Part shown: piece after piece, positions 19,304 to 28,694 of the stretch
Position numbering within the stretch: the stretch's first letter is position 1
Layout of the letters: the number at the start of each line of letters is the position of its first letter
Virus record (IMG/VR): IMGVR_UViG_3300022848_000005
Length of the DNA: 64,000 nt
Strand: one strand, 5' to 3'
From: a virus
Lineage: Duplodnaviria; Caudoviricetes
Program-made: the position numbers and the translations under genes
Notes under the pieces: generated by a model
Told to the model about the DNA's origin: nothing
Database searches by the model: none
The model's input: the letters and a program-made list of their open reading frames with translations, nothing else

Positions 19304-19420
19304 ATGATACAGATAGTTATAGAAAAACTCAAAAGGTTTTATAATATATTAATAACAGCGCAAATAAAATCAGCAGAACGTCGAATTAAGGGGTATAAGT
19401 CTTTAGGTTATGTTGCATGA
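19304..19420 (+). CDS. 38-aa small protein
   Basis: ATG 19304 after AAGGAAAG; stop overlaps the next start (ATGA). Confidence 0.5.
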   Translation: MIQIVIEKLKRFYNILITAQIKSAERRIKGYKSLGYVA

Positions 19421-19560
19421 TGAAACTTATAATTAAACTACTCGACAATCTGTCAGAGTGGGCAAGTCGGCAAGAACGTATGGATTTAGACCAATATCTA
19501 AGTCAGTCACAGACGATCGGTGAGTTAGAAGATCGTATGCGTAAATGGCAAGTTAAGTAG
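19417..19560 (+). CDS. 47-aa DUF3563-like small protein
   Basis: DQYLSQSQTIGELEDRMRKW resembles the YL...DLE.RM pattern of DUF3563. Confidence 0.55.
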   Translation: MMKLIIKLLDNLSEWASRQERMDLDQYLSQSQTIGELEDRMRKWQVK

Positions 19561-19573
19561 TAACAGCTAACCC

Positions 19574-19599
19574 AGGCGGATAATTTATCCGCCTTTTTT
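19574..19599 (+). terminator. Rho-independent terminator
   Basis: AGGCGGATA-ATT-TATCCGCCT followed by a T run. Confidence 0.85.
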
Positions 19600-19600
19600 A

Positions 19601-19629
19601 TTGACATCTTGTTAATAAACATATAAACT
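19601..19629 (+). promoter_or_regulatory. Sigma70-type promoter, leaderless
   Basis: TTGACA-17 nt-TAAACT; ATG 5 nt downstream at 19635. Confidence 0.7.
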
Positions 19630-19634
19630 TAAGC

Positions 19635-19934
19635 ATGGCAAAAATTATCAAAGATTCAAAAAAGCGTCGAAACATTCGACGTTCAATACGCACATTAACG
19701 GAGGCAGCCTTGGAAACTATATCATATATACGAGATACAATTTTAGGTTATATCTGCGAAGGTATTGGATTTTTGCAGTGCATTGCAGATAAAATTGCGG
19801 GTAAAGAACTTAGTAGCCAATTTTGGACAGGGATTTTTATTATTGTCGCCTTTAGTCTAATGTACTTTGATATGATACTGGCATTTTTTATACTGGGGTG
19901 CAGGATACTTTGGTTACTGGAGAGATCATTGTGA
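19635..19934 (+). CDS. Hypothetical membrane protein
   Basis: Basic N-terminus, hydrophobic C-terminal segment. Confidence 0.6.
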   Translation: MAKIIKDSKKRRNIRRSIRTLTEAALETISYIRDTILGYICEGIGFLQCIADKIAGKELSSQFWTGIFIIVAFSLMYFDMILAFFILGCRILWLLERSL

Positions 19935-20185
19935 CCGATGAAGCGGAACTTAGAACTAGACCCAAATACCTTAAACACGATGTTGTGTGGAGTATAGACA
20001 AACTCTACAGAATGGCAACAGATCCATATGCAACAGGATACGAAACTTGGTCATATAAACAAGACTTACTGTTATTAAAGTGGTGGTTAGATGACCTGGT
20101 AGATCAATGTGGGACCTATGCAGACGAAGAAGAATTTAAAAAAGCACATGAAAAACGTAAAATGTGGGATACACTTAAAAAATGA
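19931..20185 (+). CDS. Hypothetical protein
   Basis: GTG 19931 overlapping the upstream stop. Confidence 0.55.
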   Translation: MTDEAELRTRPKYLKHDVVWSIDKLYRMATDPYATGYETWSYKQDLLLLKWWLDDLVDQCGTYADEEEFKKAHEKRKMWDTLKK

Positions 20186-20514
20186 AGTATCTATGCATCG
20201 GTAATCCCACAAGTGCTACTGATGACATAACCACACGTCTGGCTGTTACTAAAAAAACCATTAACCACGGGCTTGCGATTAACATAGAGCAGGCGGGGTT
20301 TTATCACATAAGTTTAGCAGACATCAGTATATTGGAAGCAGAAACATTCGTCGAACAGTTTGATGAGTTATACTTCTTAGAACAAGCACGAGAAACATAC
20401 AGCAGTGAATCAGTATACAATAACACAAGAGCATTGCTGTTATATATAAAAAACTGGAATGTAAAACCTTTTAAGATTGTTAAAGAGTCCTGGATAAAAT
20501 GTCTGACGTATTAA
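20182..20514 (+). CDS. Hypothetical protein
   Basis: ATGA-coupled ORF. Confidence 0.55.
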   Translation: MKYLCIGNPTSATDDITTRLAVTKKTINHGLAINIEQAGFYHISLADISILEAETFVEQFDELYFLEQARETYSSESVYNNTRALLLYIKNWNVKPFKIVKESWIKCLTY

Positions 20515-21803
20515 AATACAAAGCACGGGTACTGGACACAAAGTCCCAGTCTTTCTGTGGTGCAAAGTGGTACGAGGCTGTGATATTTTTAGGGTCTGGC
20601 AAGACAATGAGTTGCCATCATAATCCTTATCACGAAGTAAGTGACACAGCAGTACTTGAAAACTACAAGGCAATACACAATACTTCTGAGAAGAAACAAC
20701 AACGAGCAGAGATGTTACGTGGCGAACGTCCAGAAGGCTGTAATTACTGCTGGCGTCTTGAGGATAATAACTCCGTTAGTGATCGGGTATATAAAAGTCA
20801 GAAGTTTACTGATGCTGACAATCAGTTAGCATTTGACTCAGACCCCAATGCTGACGTTGACTTACAGTCACTGGAGTTGCACTTTGACAAAGTATGTCAG
20901 ATGGCATGTAGTTACTGCCATGCAGGTTACAGTACTACCTGGGCACAGGATATAAAGCAAAATGGTGCATACGAAAATGTAGAGTCTGACAAACAGCAAC
21001 ACTACAAGTATCAGAGAAAAATAGATCAACTGTTTAAGCCTACCCAGGAAAACTTATATGTAGAAGCATTTTATAAATGGTGGGACGCAGACTTACATCG
21101 GACACTTAAAGAGTTACGCATACTAGGTGGGGAACCCTTATTGAGTCCACACATATGGCGTTTTATTGAATGGTTTAAAAGCAAAGACACTAAATGTAGT
21201 CTGGAGTTTGTAACTAACCTAGGACCCAAAGTTGATGTGCCCAGGTTCCTTAATGCTGTAGACGGCAAACAGGTTGTGGTAATGACCAGTATGGAAACTG
21301 TGGGAGAACATGCTGAGTACACCAGAGACGGGGTAGATTACGAGCTTTGGTGTAAAAATGTCGAACTCTGTCTGCAGAGCAAAACGGTGTCACGTATGTC
21401 AGTGCTGTTTACCGTAAATGCCTTAAGTGTGTTTAATATGTGCGATCTTATGGCAAAGATTATACACTGGAGGTCAGTGTACGGCAAAGACAGGATAAAC
21501 ATGAGTATTAATATCTTACGTTATCCAGTATTTCAAAACATAACAGTTTTATCTGACACTGCAAGACAACAAGTAGCCACTACTCTGGAACAATGGTTAG
21601 AACTACACGACAACTATATTACTGACTACGAGTATCAACAACTTGAGAGACTCGTAAATTATGTTAGAGTTGTTGACGCACCCGACAATTTACAAGATGT
21701 ACGCAAAGACTTTAAATCGTTCTTTACACAATATGATAAACGCAGAGGAAAAAGTTTTAAGGAAACCTTTCCTGAATTAACAGACTGGTACGGAGAGATA
21801 TAA
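20499..21803 (+). CDS. Radical SAM protein with N-terminal twitch-like module
   Basis: CQMACSYC, GGEP, FCGAKW...SCHH...CNYCW. Confidence 0.9.
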   Translation: MSDVLKYKARVLDTKSQSFCGAKWYEAVIFLGSGKTMSCHHNPYHEVSDTAVLENYKAIHNTSEKKQQRAEMLRGERPEGCNYCWRLEDNNSVSDRVYKSQKFTDADNQLAFDSDPNADVDLQSLELHFDKVCQMACSYCHAGYSTTWAQDIKQNGAYENVESDKQQHYKYQRKIDQLFKPTQENLYVEAFYKWWDADLHRTLKELRILGGEPLLSPHIWRFIEWFKSKDTKCSLEFVTNLGPKVDVPRFLNAVDGKQVVVMTSMETVGEHAEYTRDGVDYELWCKNVELCLQSKTVSRMSVLFTVNALSVFNMCDLMAKIIHWRSVYGKDRINMSINILRYPVFQNITVLSDTARQQVATTLEQWLELHDNYITDYEYQQLERLVNYVRVVDAPDNLQDVRKDFKSFFTQYDKRRGKSFKETFPELTDWYGEI

Positions 21804-22081
21804 TGGAAGAGAAAATACGAGAAGACTTGTTCACAGACATTAGTAGATATACATTGCAGGGCATAGAACCTACAGGTTTAGTCAGAGCAATAATTTGCAA
21901 CGACTTATATCAACTAGTACTGCAAGCACAAGGTACAGATGCCTGGGCAGAAACAAAAAAAATAGTTAAGTGGTTGCAAAAAAACGGGGTAGTTGATGGT
22001 CTACGTTGTTGGGGCAGTCATTCAATAATGATTAGGTACTTGGACTTAACAAATGCACCGCTTACAGGTAACACGAAATAA
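21803..22081 (+). CDS. Hypothetical protein
   Basis: TAATG-coupled ORF. Confidence 0.55.
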   Translation: MEEKIREDLFTDISRYTLQGIEPTGLVRAIICNDLYQLVLQAQGTDAWAETKKIVKWLQKNGVVDGLRCWGSHSIMIRYLDLTNAPLTGNTK

Positions 22082-22103
22082 TAATACTAAGTGATATAGA
22101 GAA

Positions 22104-22823
22104 CTAGCCTTCTTCGGAGGGCTTTTTCACGGTTGCAAGTCCTACAGTTTCCAACGCCTCTATCCAGGCCCAACCTATATCAAACTCCATAGCGGTACGT
22201 TCAAACTTAGCACTTGCTGGAAACTTATGGTGGTTATTGTGCAATTCTTCACCACCTATCAGTATCCCCCAAGGTATAATGTTATGACTGTTTTCTTTGG
22301 TGTTGTAGTTTCTATAACCTACGTAGTGAGCAACTCCATTAATTACTCCCGCCGCCCAGAAAGGTATCCATAACATCTGAATACCCCATATTAATATGCC
22401 CCACCAACTGAAGATGGCAACATTTGTCAGTAACAGTAATAGTATCCCTGAGTTCTTAAACCTGGTATATACGTTACGTTCTACCCAGTCATCTGGCGTA
22501 CCCACACCAAACTGTTCAACCATCCGTTGGTCGTTGGCGGCATCTGTATATAACAGAGCTCCTCCAAACAACACTCTTTTAATACCATAGACCACAGGGC
22601 TGTGTGGATCGCCCTCTTTATCACTAAATGCGTGATGTTTACGGTGTACCGCTACCCATTCTTTGGTGACCATACTGGTAGTTAGCCAGAGCCAAAATCG
22701 CATAAAGTGGGTTATGTATCTATGAAATTCAACGGCTTTATGGGCTTGGCAACGATGCAAGAACAGAGTTACGCATAGGATTGTTATATGAGTTGCTACT
22801 AATGTATAGATTATCTCAGTCAT
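22104..22823 (-). CDS. Delta-9 type membrane fatty-acid desaturase
   Basis: His boxes LHRCQAH, VHRKHH, LHNNHH; start reassigned to ATG 22823. Confidence 0.92.
   Translation of the reverse strand: MTEIIYTLVATHITILCVTLFLHRCQAHKAVEFHRYITHFMRFWLWLTTSMVTKEWVAVHRKHHAFSDKEGDPHSPVVYGIKRVLFGGALLYTDAANDQRMVEQFGVGTPDDWVERNVYTRFKNSGILLLLLTNVAIFSWWGILIWGIQMLWIPFWAAGVINGVAHYVGYRNYNTKENSHNIIPWGILIGGEELHNNHHKFPASAKFERTAMEFDIGWAWIEALETVGLATVKKPSEEG
22106..22127 (+). terminator. Terminator hairpin with cUUCGg loop between convergent genes
   Basis: AGCCTTC-TTCG-GAGGGCT-TTTT. Confidence 0.75.
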
Positions 22824-22870
22824 GTTGTACTTATCGTTGTAAATCAATAACTTACGTGGTTATATTTTGG

Positions 22871-22899
22871 TTGACGTTTGGTCCGAGTGAACCTATAAT
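22871..22899 (+). promoter_or_regulatory. Sigma70-type early promoter with CCGAGTG spacer element
   Basis: TTGACG-17 nt-TATAAT. Confidence 0.85.
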
Positions 22900-22935
22900 A
22901 TAGTTATACTGTTAATAAAGAAGAGGGGAAACAAG

Positions 22936-23166
22936 ATGTCACAGACACTAACACAATTTGTAAATTACTGCAACGACTTTTACGGTATGGGTGGCTTATA
23001 CGACATGGCCTTTACTAAAAAAGAAATAGCCCATGCAGTAGACATTTACTTTAGTCGCATGTCAGACCAAGTAAATTGGGGCGGTGGTGATACTGTAGAC
23101 CGTGAACGTGTTTACGAGATTATGCGTGAAATTTATACTTTTGAATACAAAGTGGAGGTAGCGTAA
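22936..23166 (+). CDS. Hypothetical early protein
   Basis: GAGGGG RBS downstream of the promoter. Confidence 0.7.
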   Translation: MSQTLTQFVNYCNDFYGMGGLYDMAFTKKEIAHAVDIYFSRMSDQVNWGGGDTVDRERVYEIMREIYTFEYKVEVA

Positions 23167-23345
23167 TGAAAAAATCAATTACTATGGAAGAACTTACGAT
23201 GGCACAGGCCACGTACAAAAAACTACAATTTCTTCAAGAAGAGAATGCTGAACGTATTGAAAAACTAGAGCAACTCTTTGAGGATTTAGACTTAGGTGTG
23301 GTTGCAATTAGAATACCAGAATCAGATAGACTATCTAACGGTTGA
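23166..23345 (+). CDS. 59-aa hypothetical protein
   Basis: TAATG-coupled with GGAGG RBS; MKKSITMEEL...SNG* (not in ORF track). Confidence 0.6.
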   Translation: MKKSITMEELTMAQATYKKLQFLQEENAERIEKLEQLFEDLDLGVVAIRIPESDRLSNG

Positions 23346-23370
23346 CATCTAAATCGAGTGACGCTATACT
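23342..23370 (+). promoter_or_regulatory. Sigma70-type early promoter with TCGAGTG spacer element
   Basis: TTGACA-17 nt-TATACT. Confidence 0.85.
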
Positions 23371-23406
23371 ATTAAAACTAGGGAAACAGACAGGGGGAAG
23401 TAATAC

Positions 23407-24222
23407 ATGACGACATTGCTTAAAGTTGACAGGGTAGAAAAAGATTTATCAAAAGAAACGGACGCTCAGATCATGGAGCGCATTGGAGAGCGTTTTAACA
23501 TCCTAACTGAAATGACCAAAGCGGTTATTACCAATGACGTTAGGGCAATGATTGTTTCCGGACCTCCAGGAGTAGGCAAGAGTTATGGCGTAGAGTCACT
23601 GCTCGAAAAAGAAAATCTGTTTGATCAGATACAAAATCGTAAACCCAAATATGAACTTGTAAAAGGCACAGCATCAGCACTAGGCTTGTATTGCACATTG
23701 TTCGAACATTCGGATCGAGGACACGTTATTGTATTTGACGATTGTGACTCAATCTTAATGGACGAGCTCAGTCTAAACATCCTTAAAGGTGCATTAGACT
23801 CTGGCAAATCTAGACGTATTAGTTGGAAAGCAGATTCACACAAACTTCGTAACGAAGGTGTGCCTAACTCGTTTACATTTAACGGTAGTGTTATCTTTAT
23901 CACTAACCTTAAGTTTGATCGAGTGCGTGGTAAGATCAGACAACACTTAGAGGCGATACAATCACGTTGCCACTACTTGGATCTTACACTTGATACTGAC
24001 CGTGAGAAGATGCTACGTATTAAACAGATTGCCAAAACTGGTGAATTATTCGAGCGTTATCACTTTACAAAGGAGCTCGAATCAACTATACTAAGTTTTA
24101 TGGATGATAACAAAGATAGTTTACGTGAACTTAGTTTAAGGATGGCAATTAAGATTGCGGATCTTGTTAAAATTAATCCAAATACCTGGCAGAAACTTGC
24201 AAGGTGTACAGTAATGAGGTAA
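23407..24222 (+). CDS. AAA+ ATPase
   Basis: Walker A GPPGVGKS, Walker B IVFDDCD, FITN, AIQSRC. Confidence 0.85.
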   Translation: MTTLLKVDRVEKDLSKETDAQIMERIGERFNILTEMTKAVITNDVRAMIVSGPPGVGKSYGVESLLEKENLFDQIQNRKPKYELVKGTASALGLYCTLFEHSDRGHVIVFDDCDSILMDELSLNILKGALDSGKSRRISWKADSHKLRNEGVPNSFTFNGSVIFITNLKFDRVRGKIRQHLEAIQSRCHYLDLTLDTDREKMLRIKQIAKTGELFERYHFTKELESTILSFMDDNKDSLRELSLRMAIKIADLVKINPNTWQKLARCTVMR

Positions 24223-24235
24223 TAGCAGTTTTCCC

Positions 24236-24320
24236 ATGTTCGCCCATCTCCCTCAAATATGCTCCCTTGGGCGAACATTTTCGAATCCCCCGGCCCCCTC
24301 GCTGGGGGGTTCACCCTTTT
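24236..24320 (+). terminator. Tandem GC-rich hairpins, the second followed by CCCTTTT
   Basis: Stem 24236-24246/24268-24278; stem 24283-24294/24301-24312. Confidence 0.5.
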
Positions 24321-24335
24321 AAAGTATCGGTCGGC

Positions 24336-25520
24336 ATGAAAACATTTAACTATGTAGAAGACTATATTATTGAATTGTATGAAGGCAGTTATAGGTTTAA
24401 TGCTAATAGTCAAGACATCGACTATCGTCTAGCCAGTTACGACATTAGAATAGTTCAAAGCATTCACAACCAGGTAACTTTCCAGAGCGTAGCACTGACA
24501 GATAAACAAGCAGAGCTCTGCGTTAAATTAGTAGAAAAATACACACGCCAATTTAAACGGGCAGGCATTGACAACTTTGCAATGCTAGAGTCAAGTACTC
24601 GGAAGTTTAAACTTGGCATACGCAAGGTTAATAGGGATTATAAGATCCATATCAAAGACGACCTGATACATGCTACGTTTCCCTATAACCTAAGGCTTAT
24701 TTCAGAAATAAGAAAGCGTTCAGAAAAGTCTGGGGGTGTTAGAGCCATTTGGAGTCGAACTGACAAAGTCTGGAAGTTTGGGTTTACAGAACCTAATGTA
24801 AAGTTTACTATTAGTTTTGGTCAAGATTATGATTTTGATATAGATCCTAAATTGTTAGAGATAGCCGGTAAGCTAGCCAAGCAGGACTGGGAACACTATA
24901 ATATCAAACTTGTGGAACATGATGGCAAGTACACTATACAAAACTGTCCAGTCAGTCTAAGCGAGTACGTTGACAAACACGCAGGCACTGATCTATTGAG
25001 TTTGGTAGACTACAGTGGTATCTGTGCCTACCAGGTTGACAATAACATTGCCAATCAGATTAAACAGGCTCATACTGAAACAGTAAGTGCATGTCTATTA
25101 GGCAAGCATATCTGGTTAGATCCAAAGAAACATTCGTTTAACGATATTATAAAGTATGCAGAGTTAACCGATAGATTTCCAGTAACTGTATACGACACAC
25201 TAGGAAATTTTGGACCTTTCCTAAATCAAAATATAGAAAAAACAGACAGTAACTTTAAATATCTATATAGTCGCTTTTTAAATTTGTCTGAACGTGTTGG
25301 TCCTATATACCATCATGACACGGTACTACCTGATAACTGGCCGTACAAAAACGCAGATCCTAAAACTGCTAGAATAAAAATTTATTCATCAGCATCAAAG
25401 GATATGTTTATTGACGACATACCTTTATTAGTATGTAGCCAAAATTTTAATTATGGAAGTTTGCGCATACAGATGCTTGCAAAATCTGAAAAAATAGTGT
25501 ATCATTGTGTTAAATTATGA
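24336..25520 (+). CDS. Hypothetical protein upstream of uvsW
   Basis: Long ORF; start reassigned to ATG 24336 after the hairpins. Confidence 0.7.
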   Translation: MKTFNYVEDYIIELYEGSYRFNANSQDIDYRLASYDIRIVQSIHNQVTFQSVALTDKQAELCVKLVEKYTRQFKRAGIDNFAMLESSTRKFKLGIRKVNRDYKIHIKDDLIHATFPYNLRLISEIRKRSEKSGGVRAIWSRTDKVWKFGFTEPNVKFTISFGQDYDFDIDPKLLEIAGKLAKQDWEHYNIKLVEHDGKYTIQNCPVSLSEYVDKHAGTDLLSLVDYSGICAYQVDNNIANQIKQAHTETVSACLLGKHIWLDPKKHSFNDIIKYAELTDRFPVTVYDTLGNFGPFLNQNIEKTDSNFKYLYSRFLNLSERVGPIYHHDTVLPDNWPYKNADPKTARIKIYSSASKDMFIDDIPLLVCSQNFNYGSLRIQMLAKSEKIVYHCVKL

Positions 25521-26974
25521 CAACAGCCATACTACATATCAAGGACGAAGTTAATTGCAAGATCGAAGGATTAGATTTAACAACTAGAAAAAACCTAGTA
25601 AACAAATTTAAATTTGAGATCCCCTATGCACGTTACTTACCAGCAGTCAGACTAGGTCGCTGGGATGGTAAGATCAGTTTCTTTCAGCTGAGTGGTAGCA
25701 CCTTTGTAAACTTATTGCCAGAGATTATTCCTGAACTGGAATCTGCAGGTTACGATCTAGAACTAAATGACCTGCGTGAATACAATACTAATTTTGATTT
25801 TGAGGAAGTTACTGAGGACAGTTATGCAAATATATCCTGGCCCAAGAGACATCCTGCAGAAGGTCAACCAATTAAATTACGTGACTATCAGGTTGACACT
25901 ATCAATAACTTTTTGCGCAACCCGCAATGCTTACAAGAGATAGCAACTGGTGCAGGTAAGACACTAATGACTGCTGTGCTCAGTAGTAAGTGCGAACAGT
26001 ACGGCAGAACAGTAGTTATTGTGCCTAATAAGAGTCTAGTAACACAAACAGAAGAAGACTATGTTAACATGGGCATGGATGTTGGCGTGTTTTACGGTGA
26101 TCGCAAGGAGTATACCAAGACGCATACTATATGCACCTGGCAGAGTCTAAACAGTCTGCTAAAGCGAACTAAAAACCAAGAAGCAGATATCGGTATAGGC
26201 GAGTTCTTGGAAGGTGTCGTTGGTGTTATTGTTGATGAAGTACACGGTGCTAAAGCAGACGCACTTAGAACATTACTAACAGGTGTAATGAGTCATGTAC
26301 CAATACGTTGGGGGCTAACAGGCACTATACCCAAAGAAGATTTTGAGTTTATGAGTATACGATGTAGTTTAGGTGATGTTATTAATCGTATCAGCGCAAG
26401 CGAGTTACAGGACAAAGGAGTACTGGCTAATTGTAATGTAAATATATTACAGTTAGTTGAACATACAGAATATTCAAATTATCAAAGCGAACAGAAGTAC
26501 TTGTTAGATAATACAGAAAGACTGGACTATATTGCAAGTGTAATCGAAAATATAAGACTAAGCGGTAACACACTTATACTAGTAGATAGAATTTCAGCTG
26601 GCACACGACTGTCAGAAAAGATTAAAGACGCAGTGTTTGTGCAAGGGGCAACTAAGTCGGCAGACCGCAAAGAGCAGTATGATGAAGTTGCCACCACCAC
26701 TGATAAAGTTATTGTGGCAACGTATGGCGTTGCTGGTGTTGGCATTAACATTCCCCGTATTTTTAATCTGGTTCTCATTGAGCCTGGTAAAAGTTTTGTA
26801 CGGGTTATCCAGTCTATTGGTAGGGGTATTCGTAAAGCCCAAGACAAAGACTTTGTACAGATATGGGACGTAACTTCAACATGTAAATTTAGTAAAAGAC
26901 ATTTAACAAAACGGAAGCAGTTCTATAAAGATGCTAATTATCCGTTTCAGATAGAGAAGATTACATGGCAATGA
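25517..26974 (+). CDS. uvsW: UvsW-like SF2 helicase
   Basis: ATGAGKT, VDEVH, GLTGT, QSIGRGIR; N-terminal GRWDGKI. Confidence 0.92.
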   Translation: MTTAILHIKDEVNCKIEGLDLTTRKNLVNKFKFEIPYARYLPAVRLGRWDGKISFFQLSGSTFVNLLPEIIPELESAGYDLELNDLREYNTNFDFEEVTEDSYANISWPKRHPAEGQPIKLRDYQVDTINNFLRNPQCLQEIATGAGKTLMTAVLSSKCEQYGRTVVIVPNKSLVTQTEEDYVNMGMDVGVFYGDRKEYTKTHTICTWQSLNSLLKRTKNQEADIGIGEFLEGVVGVIVDEVHGAKADALRTLLTGVMSHVPIRWGLTGTIPKEDFEFMSIRCSLGDVINRISASELQDKGVLANCNVNILQLVEHTEYSNYQSEQKYLLDNTERLDYIASVIENIRLSGNTLILVDRISAGTRLSEKIKDAVFVQGATKSADRKEQYDEVATTTDKVIVATYGVAGVGINIPRIFNLVLIEPGKSFVRVIQSIGRGIRKAQDKDFVQIWDVTSTCKFSKRHLTKRKQFYKDANYPFQIEKITWQ

Positions 26975-27765
26975 AAAAATTAGCAGTATGTGGGTGTAGT
27001 TTTTCAGCACCCAGTAACGACCCTAAACTCAAAGGAACAAGTTGGGGAGAGCAACTGGCAGATATGTTAGGCTGGGATCTATTGCATTATGCACGTCAGG
27101 GTGTTAGTAATGGCGGCATACGTGTAATGATAGACCAGTGTATTAAAGACAAAGTAGACTTTGCAGTAATAGCGCCAACGTTTCATGACAGAATGGAGAT
27201 ACCTGCCACAGCGGCTCCTTTTGATTGGAACAAGTCAACAGATGGTTGGAACCCACTAATACAACAGCACTTGCAAGACGTCGATATTAAAAACGGTTAC
27301 CAAGAAGACTTGGGTGTACAGAATATTAATTACGGCAGTAACAACTACACACTGATTAGTGAAACAATCTACACACTGGCAGAAAACTTTGATCATCCTT
27401 ATCGTAGTCAGAAACTAGATAAAATGACAGCCAGTGCAGTTAAACAGTATATTAACTTCATGTACGACAGCAATTGGAAACTTCAACAAGATCGCTGGAT
27501 CATACGTGATGGCATCATGCAGTTACACTATCACAAGATACCTTTCTTACTGGTAGCCTGTAACATATGGACAAGCGACATGGTGAGAGATCACTTTCCA
27601 GATGCAATACCTGATCATTGTTTAACATTAGATTACAAAGATACTCCTGCATACTCAACCAATGAGTGGCCTTTTGAGGGGGAGGACCCAGGCTATCACG
27701 GTGCAGTAGAAAGCCAAACTTACCTAGCAAAAAGATACAAGGAAATTATTGAATGTCATTCATAA
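26965..27765 (+). CDS. SGNH-hydrolase-like protein
   Basis: VCGCSFS block I, GVSN, C-terminal GYH. Confidence 0.5.
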   Translation: MAMKKLAVCGCSFSAPSNDPKLKGTSWGEQLADMLGWDLLHYARQGVSNGGIRVMIDQCIKDKVDFAVIAPTFHDRMEIPATAAPFDWNKSTDGWNPLIQQHLQDVDIKNGYQEDLGVQNINYGSNNYTLISETIYTLAENFDHPYRSQKLDKMTASAVKQYINFMYDSNWKLQQDRWIIRDGIMQLHYHKIPFLLVACNIWTSDMVRDHFPDAIPDHCLTLDYKDTPAYSTNEWPFEGEDPGYHGAVESQTYLAKRYKEIIECHS

Positions 27766-28694
27766 ATCACAAAGAAGAATCATCAGACATTAGTTGGTTT
27801 GAGGATGATGGCACAAATATCGGCATGCTTAATGACAATGGTCGTAATAGATTCTACGACCAGGCATTAAAAAGCATTTGCCAGAATAAAACGGTTGTTG
27901 ACATTGGTGCAGGCACGGGATACTTAACAGCATTAGCAATCAAGCACGGCGCAAAACATGTCACAGCAGTAGAAGCCAGTAGTAAACGTTGTGCATTCCT
28001 TAAAAACATGATAGAGAAACTGGGGTACCAAGACCGAGTTACCATTGTAAACAAAAATTATTTTGACACAGACTTACACAGCGACATAGTCGTAAGTGAA
28101 ACAATAGGTGCGCATATCTATAATGAAAACTGGTTGCGACTTGCTGACCATGCAAGAATTCGTTGTCAATATATGATACCAGAGAAGTTTTCAATTAACA
28201 TTGACTTGTACGAAAATCATCCTATCTGGACTACATGTATGCAGGAAAGCATGGCATTTAACTACAATGAGAACAATCATCCTGAGTTTGCAGATGTTCT
28301 GAATAAAGAGATGCAATTAGAAGACCGTGGAGAACAGGCAAATACCATACCTAATCTATTTTCACACCTACACAACTTTGAGGACATAAGATTAAACAAG
28401 ATCTGGCAGAGTGCCCCAATAGTTATAGACCACATGGAGTCAATGGTTGTTCCTGAAATAATTATACCTAGACATGTATTTTCTGCGTTAGGTCAAAAAC
28501 TACAAAGGCTAGGTCCCAATGATTGGGTATTTTTAAATATAAACTGGCATGCAACATTCCAAACAACAAGTATGTGGGTGTCAGATACTATTTGGCAAAA
28601 TGTGTGTAAGTGTATAGCAATACCTAAATCTGATTTACGTATTTATTTTAGCGAACAAAAAAACAAATGGATGTTTCAAAAATTACAGGATTAG
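27753..28694 (+). CDS. PRMT-like SAM-dependent methyltransferase
   Basis: MLNDNGRNRFY, VDIGAGTG, AVEAS, VSETIGAHIYNE. Confidence 0.75.
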   Translation: MSFINHKEESSDISWFEDDGTNIGMLNDNGRNRFYDQALKSICQNKTVVDIGAGTGYLTALAIKHGAKHVTAVEASSKRCAFLKNMIEKLGYQDRVTIVNKNYFDTDLHSDIVVSETIGAHIYNENWLRLADHARIRCQYMIPEKFSINIDLYENHPIWTTCMQESMAFNYNENNHPEFADVLNKEMQLEDRGEQANTIPNLFSHLHNFEDIRLNKIWQSAPIVIDHMESMVVPEIIIPRHVFSALGQKLQRLGPNDWVFLNINWHATFQTTSMWVSDTIWQNVCKCIAIPKSDLRIYFSEQKNKWMFQKLQD

